DNA of 64,000 nucleotides, from contig CM022671.1 in assembly GCA_012295275.1 (NCBI GenBank), forward strand, positions 1,612,001 through 1,676,000, written 5' to 3'. This stretch comes from Chrysomallon squamiferum (Eukaryota > Animalia > Mollusca). The notes beneath the pieces were generated by a model. That model searched no databases and was not told where the DNA came from. It worked only from the letters and a program-made list of their open reading frames with translations. Position 1 is the first letter of the stretch; every line of letters starts with the position of its first letter. The position numbers and the translations under genes are program-made. Shown here one piece after another: positions 57,801-64,000 of this stretch.

Positions 57801-58626
57801 ACAGATCTAGCTGGTTGATAGTAAATATACAGATCTAGCTGGTTGATAGTAAAAGATAGATCTAGCTAGTTGATAATAAAAGACAGATCTAGCTGGTTGA
57901 TATTAAAAGACAGATCTAGCTGGTTGATAGTAAAAGACAGATCTAGCTGGTTCATAATAAAAGACAGATCTAGCTGGTTCATAGTAAAAGACAGATCTAG
58001 CTGGTTCATAGTAAAAGACAGATCTAGCTGGTTCATAATAAAAGACAGATCTAGCTGGTTCATAATAAAAGACAGATCTAGCTGGTTGATAGTAAAAGAC
58101 AGATCTAGCTGGTTGATAGTAAAAGACAGATCTAGCTGGTTGATAGTAAATATACAGATCTAGCTGGTTGATAGTAAAAGATAGATCTAGCTAGTTGATA
58201 ATAAAAGACAGATCTAGCTGGTTGATATTAAAAGACAGATCTAGCTGGTTGATAGTAAAAGACAGATCTAGCTGGTTCATAGTAAAAGACAGATCCAGTA
58301 AGGCATGCAAAAGATTGCTTTGAAAATAAGGTGCAAGAGACACGTAAGACGGCTGTGGTAATAAAGACGAGTTACACACTTACTGCTGCAGTCTCCGCCT
58401 TCACACATTTCTGTTGTATTTTTTTTATCTGCGCCAACACATCGTGACGGTGGAACGGACAAACCTTTGTCAATGCAGATTCTTACTATGAATAATACTC
58501 GACGGCAGTTTGCTTGACAGTGAGTCGAATGTGTCGTTAACCACGATGTCCACATTGAGCCACTGCCCGCTGGAATATTAGTTTTTAAGACTTAAAATAA
58601 TACAAATTTCAGTCAGACACACACAG

Positions 58627-58658
<32 letters not shown>

Positions 58659-59336
58659 ATAAATAGATATTGGTAGATAGATATACAGATATTAAGACAT
58701 AAACAACTGAAGAAAGTAAAATGTTAAACTATTTATATGCATGCATGCATACATACATACATAAAAAAAGAATAAACAAGCATATTAAATAAATAATTGA
58801 ACTCTTGTAAAATGATGATTACAATGATGATGAAACAAAACAATAGCAAAGTCAAAAACAAGATTTTGTTGCTTTTGTTATTGTTGGATTTTTGTTTTCT
58901 TTTTTTGTGAAGTTTATGTTGTTGTTGTTGTTGTTACATTTTACCTGCTCGAGTTGAAAAAGTTGCAGCTGAAAAATAGAAATAACCAAAATTGTTAATT
59001 TTTAAGCAGATGAAATCGAAGAAGAGGATTATGATAAAGCTGAGGAAAATGAAGATAAAGAAGATGATGATGATGAAGATGATGATTATGAAGATGATGA
59101 TGATGATGGCTACGATGAGGAAGATGTTTCTTTTTGACAAGCTGTATCTTAACTGGGGATTACGTGTAGCAAACATCAAATAAATACAATAAAACAAAAT
59201 CTTTTTATTTTATTTAAAAACCCAAGACAGACAGACAGGTTTATACAAATTTTACCTGCTTCAGTTGTTACATTAGCTGGAAAATAATATAAACAGAAAT
59301 ATTTCAGATATTAATAATAATAATAATAACAATAAC

Positions 59337-59419
<83 letters not shown>

Positions 59420-60253
59420 GAAGAAGAAGAAGAAGAAGCAGGATGAGCAGATTTCTGTTAATTTGGTCAGAGAATTTTCATGACAGACGTTAATTGAAAC
59501 CCTTAAGTGTTGACAGACATGCAGATATATGGACAGAAAAGTTACAGATAAAGTGATAAGAGAAATTGTCGCGAAATATCAAGTTCATGGTACCTCGACT
59601 TACGAGTGTCCCAACTTTCGAGTTTTTCGAGTTACGAGCAGTCGACTCTGTTGTGTTGTCCTCGCGTTTTGTGCACTATTTGCCAAATTTCTTTTTTCTG
59701 ACCATGGGGCCTAAGAAAGTGAGTGCAAAGGACAGTGCTGAGAAGAAGAGGCGGATTGTGTCCATTGAATAAAAGCTTGAAATCATAGAAAAACATGAGC
59801 GAGGTGTATGCGTGTCGTCGACTTTGCTAGGCAGTACTAGCGTAGTACTTCTACGATGTGTACCATACTGAAGCTGAAGCAGTCGATAAAGGCTACAACT
59901 CCAGCCAAAGGTGTTAACATAATTTGTCTGACCTCCAAGATAAATAACTTTACAAAAACAGTTTATTTCTTTACATTCTCTTTCTTTTCGTTTTTATACA
60001 ATATTTGTTATTTATAAATACATCTTTCTTATTTAAAAACACTTACAAATATTTGGGGTGTTTTTTTTTTTTTTTAGGGGGCTGGAACGGATTAATTGAA
60101 TTGCAATTAATTTCATTTGGGAAAATAATTTGATATACGAGCAAATTGAGATACGAGATCGGTCACGGAACGAATTAAACTCGTAAGTCGAGGTATCACT
60201 GTAATTGCAAAGCATATGTATTTTATCATTTTTGGTGTTGTTGTTGCTGTTTC

Positions 60254-60325
<72 letters not shown>

Positions 60326-60418
60326 CATCATCATCATAACTATCCAAGTAATTTTTATCTACAAACCACAGATTGTTCGTAAACCTTGGATGACTAAAAC
60401 TACAAACGTGATCTTCAT
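54900..60418 (-). CDS. Single-TSP1 type-I transmembrane protein (~249 aa), paralogue of the multi-TSP1 gene
   Basis: Signal exon 60418-60367 (MKITFVVLVIQGLRTIC); microexons 59276-59256 and 58968-58945; TSP1 58569-58384 (WTSW..CQANCRR..RIC..C..CEGGDC); stalk 56705-56643; TM 55655-55568 (HLTLIIILSLTSGVTILVILCAVWLVVP); tail 55215-54900, acceptor weak. Phases compatible throughout. Confidence 0.75.
55730..56092. repeat. Degenerate ~22-bp minisatellite
   Basis: Recurrent ATCATGAACACAG / AATCACGAACACAATACAAG. Confidence 0.8.
56865..58295. repeat. 27-bp minisatellite, about 50 copies
   Basis: Unit GATAGTAAAAGACAGATCTAGCTGGTT in the intron after the TSP1 exon. Confidence 0.96.
59586..60201 (+). mobile_element. 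Internally deleted Tigger/pogo DNA transposon, copy 2
   Basis: CATGGTACCTCGACTTACGAG ... CTCGTAAGTCGAGGTATCACTG followed by TA; remnant MGPKKVSAKDSAEKKRRIVSIE*; colinear with copy 1 but with different deletions. Confidence 0.85.
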
Positions 60419-60478
60419 TTCAATCTAATTTTGAGAAACCTGTAAAGTTAAAATAATAATAATAATAATAATAAAAAA

Positions 60479-60509
<31 letters not shown>

Positions 60510-61664
60510 AAATATAAATAACCCCTCAGGAACGAATTATATGGTCGTCTCCAGAAGTAAATATCAAAATAATAGGGAAAACCAACCCAAAAGAAAAACA
60601 TCAACAATTCAGAGAATGACAACGCTTACTCTGGAATGATCTCACGTTTATATTTCAATTAAACAAGACAACAAGATAATATTTAATTCAGTAAGTCTAC
60701 CTCTATTAAGATCTATATAAAGAGAACATTTAACTGAATAAAACATGCAAATTTGGTAAAGGTATCTACTGAAATAAAGTTTTTGTGACTTAAAGTTGTC
60801 TTTTTTTCTTTTTAAATTTAAAATACCTGTATTCGGAGAGTGGATTTGTGACAAGTTTAAAGTATATCCTTGTCAATTTTTTAGATATCTTCAAACATTT
60901 TGTGCTTTTTTTTTTTTTTTTTTTTTTTTTCATCTGAGACTGAATTTCTTTCGATTCATATAAAATATATTTGACAATAATAAAAATATGCATTAGCATC
61001 GGAATTGAATCTAATTAATTAGAACATAATAATTCACACTACTGTTCATTAATTAAAAGAAAAATAATGAAAATTACTTAGGATTGCAACAGTAATCATG
61101 ATCAGTGTTCGTTTAAAAAGTCACTTTTGGGGCAGAAGCCTGAGAAATTGGTAGTTCGTGTTTGTAACTCACATTAAATTCATTGTTTTTCTGCTTAAAC
61201 TCTCCCATCTTACTTTTTTATACAGCAGACTACGTCATCGTTAGGTAAATTTAACGTCATCGCAATATAAATGTATCGCCGTTATCTGAATACAAAAGGC
61301 CATTTAGTGTTTACGAAACACCAAGGGTTAAGTGCGGTTGTGGGAGTTGTGATTGTTAACGCTACAGATAAAGAATAGTTAACGATCTATGAGGAATAAG
61401 AATTTATCTGTCTTGAGTGAATTAAAGTAGTAATGTAGTGAATTTAGATGTCTTTCAAAATTATTAAACATTCTGCATATATTATATTCGCAATATCAGA
61501 CTAATATATATAATTACATAAAATGTATATACGAGCCAAAGCCGCTGAACGTACAACAATAGTCGCAAAAGAATTGTGCCGAAACCTTATGATTAACTAA
61601 AAATTAATTATGTTTTAAAGGTATGACAGATATATCGTGTCATTTTTAAAAATTCTTTTTAATT

Positions 61665-61699
<35 letters not shown>

Positions 61700-61789
61700 T
61701 TATTATTATTGTTATTATTGATTTTGGGTAAAAGCTAATGAAAAAAGAAAAAGAAAAACTGCTTTTTCTATAAATTTATACAAATAATT

Positions 61790-62400
61790 TTATCCAGGCC
61801 TCCAAAAACCCCACTAAATCAGCCTTGCTGTCTGGTTACAAATTTCTATCCATGAACTGTTCATCAAGTTGGATACTGTGTAACGAAGTCGGTTCATGTC
61901 AGATGTACTGGCAACTTACATACGTCTGTCCATCTTAGCTGTGATGGACAAGTCATCAACCAGTTTCGTTTTAGTCCTAATGAATCCTAGCAAGATTTAC
62001 ACCATCTCAGCATACATGTTTTAGAAAGGAAACAAACTGGATTTAGAACCTGCTTTTAATATTTTTGTATATATGATGTAAAAAGTGTTGTTATCACAGT
62101 CATATAATTAGTCAAGTCTCAGAAGATGGCCTTCATCTTTTCTACGCTTCTTGGTTTTGTTGTTTACCTTGTATTGCATTGTTCTCTCTTATCTGTGAAC
62201 TGTTTTGAAAATGACTACCACTCTACATGCATCATTGCTTCAGTAATTAGTCTGGGGGCTCTTATGCCTTGATTGTATATCTTTCGTTTGAGAAGTGAAC
62301 TTATTGCAGCATTGCCAAAAATAAAAGCGAAGTAGTTTAGGGCAATATGGAAACCTAATTATACTATGTCACATTAGCATTCTGCATACGGCCAAGTGAA
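61790..62400 (-). mobile_element. Heavily decayed DNA-transposon transposase remnant (Academ-like; superfamily uncertain)
   Basis: Broken frames give LGFHIALNYF, FGNAAISSLLKRKIYNQGIRAPRLITEAMMHVEW*, YAEMV*ILLGFIRTK and EQFMDRN, in the order I recall for this transposase family; not verified by search. Confidence 0.5.
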
Positions 62401-63329
62401 ATGTAATAATATGTTTTTAACCTGTAAAAGGGGTATTTTGTAATTTAAATTTTTTTATTAACTTGTTTTTAATCTGTGAAATGCCTAACTAGACAAACAC
62501 ATTAAGACCTTGCATCAACTAGTAACTCAGAAGTATGTTGCTTCAAGTTTGTAACTGCGGCTGTTGTCGGTTTATGCAGATTAGAATGGTTTATCATATA
62601 CAGAAATATTTTTTATTAAAATCTACAACCACAAAAAAATTAGGATTAAATAATATCCATACACTGACTTACACCAAACAGAATTCTCAGTTATATATAG
62701 TTAGTCCATAATGTTTCTGGAACTTTCAATATTATCATTCAAGCGAAACTGCTTAAGTTAATTTAATCACTCATGCAAGAATATTGGAGATAGACTTCCT
62801 TGTTTCATGACCTAATTATTTCTTTATCTCAGTTAACTGCTTTCATACTTAGTGATACCTCAGTGATGATGATGATAATGGTGGTGGTGATGATGATGAT
62901 GATAAATCTCATTCAACTTAATGTTTTAATTTTAATTTTACTCCTTTTTATATTTTTATTTATTTTATTATTATTTATTTATTTATTTATTTATTCATTT
63001 ATTTGTATTATTGGGGGTCTAAATAAAGATCCGTTTCCAAATCAGTATTCTAATATTACATTCGTGTTTGGCATTTGGACATGCTGCAAAATATACCGAC
63101 GTAATATTTTTATATGTCCATTATTATAAATCTAGAGGTATTCAATTATTAAAACAGGTAATTAAAAACAAAACAAAAAAAATGGACTGTTATTTATCAA
63201 CTCCACCAGTTTTTCCTTTGTTTCTGATTACGACAACAGACCGGTGTAATGCTTTCTTCTTGTCGTTCACTTAAGGAAGAACTTCTATTCTGACTTATCT
63301 GACTACAGGACGGAGACAGAAAATTCAAG

Positions 63330-63785
63330 ATTACCAATATTCGTGAGTACAGATAAAAGAAACTAGCTACCGCCTTTTCAAAGTAAAGTCTGAATTGGCC
63401 AAATCCTTTTTATATTCAATAGATGTTAATGACGTCATTATGGATTGGAATTGCGTAATCGGTAGATGACGTACAATGCAGGAACGAAGACCCGTGAGAA
63501 AGAAATGAACTTTTCTTGGGAATAAAGAAGTATCCACTGCTTAAACTACCGGTTGGTTCTATAAATTTCATAGCGAAATTATAAATTTTAAATTGAAAAT
63601 AAGTAATTAAAATTGTTCTATATGATTAATGATGTTTATGATTATGATTATAATAATTAATCATTCGTTTGGCTAACGATAGAATGGATCAATGACTTTT
63701 TAAAAATAAAAATAGGAAACTCATTGTTTGCATACATAATAGTACATGTTTTAGATGTTGAATGCTTTTTGTTTTGAAAATGGAA
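63330..63785 (-). promoter_or_regulatory. Putative promoter/first exon of the single-TSP1 gene
   Basis: Donor TTG|GTAATC near 63335; TATAAAAA on the minus strand near 63407-63414; TGACGTCA 63430-63437; ATTGCGTAAT 63450-63459; TGACGTA 63467-63473; 63685-63785 similar to 22533-22635. Confidence 0.5.
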
Positions 63786-64000
63786 ATAAATATCATAAAA
63801 ATATATATATAAAAAAATATATATAATGGTTTCAAGTATAGTTTTACAACTACGTACTCAGAACTGTCCGCTATGGAGTTTTAGCAGAGTAATGTGTCCA
63901 CATTAGGGTACCTAATGAGAATAGTCATCTTCATATTCACGCGTCAGTGTCTGTGAATTTGTTTTATTTAATTTTATTGTATTTCTTTTTTCTTTTTTTT

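Noticed and set aside
56865-58295. Repeat ORFs (IVKDRSSWL)n and (INQLDLSFT)n
   Set aside because: 27-bp intronic satellite interrupted by stops and lacking splice signals.

Overview
AT-rich, microsatellite-laden animal genomic DNA with spliceosomal (GT-AG) introns. A mollusc/lophotrochozoan, possibly octopod, origin is an inference from repeat load and gene content, not proven. Five spliced genes were assembled by hand with consistent exon phases. (1) The 5' part of DPH1 (minus strand, runs off the left edge). (2) A ~920-aa type-I membrane protein with 13 intact thrombospondin type-1 (TSP1) repeats, each on its own phase 1-1 exon, plus at least two dead TSP1 exons; in one of them the WxxWxxW-coding segment has expanded into a 1.36-kb 13-bp minisatellite. 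(3) A ~388-aa pentameric ligand-gated ion channel subunit lacking both Cys-loop cysteines (Cys-less 'Pro-loop' type), with a very short M3-M4 loop, no evident signal peptide and Pro at M2 0'. (4) A DUF4062-NACHT-WD40 (NWD1/2-like) gene starting MGSCAS, with two single-base losses in A-runs. (5) A ~249-aa single-TSP1 membrane protein, a distant paralogue of gene 2 sharing signal-exon structure and a CRE-containing upstream region. Also present: two deleted Tigger/pogo elements, a decayed transposase remnant and many intronic satellites. Most six-frame ORFs are microsatellite artefacts.
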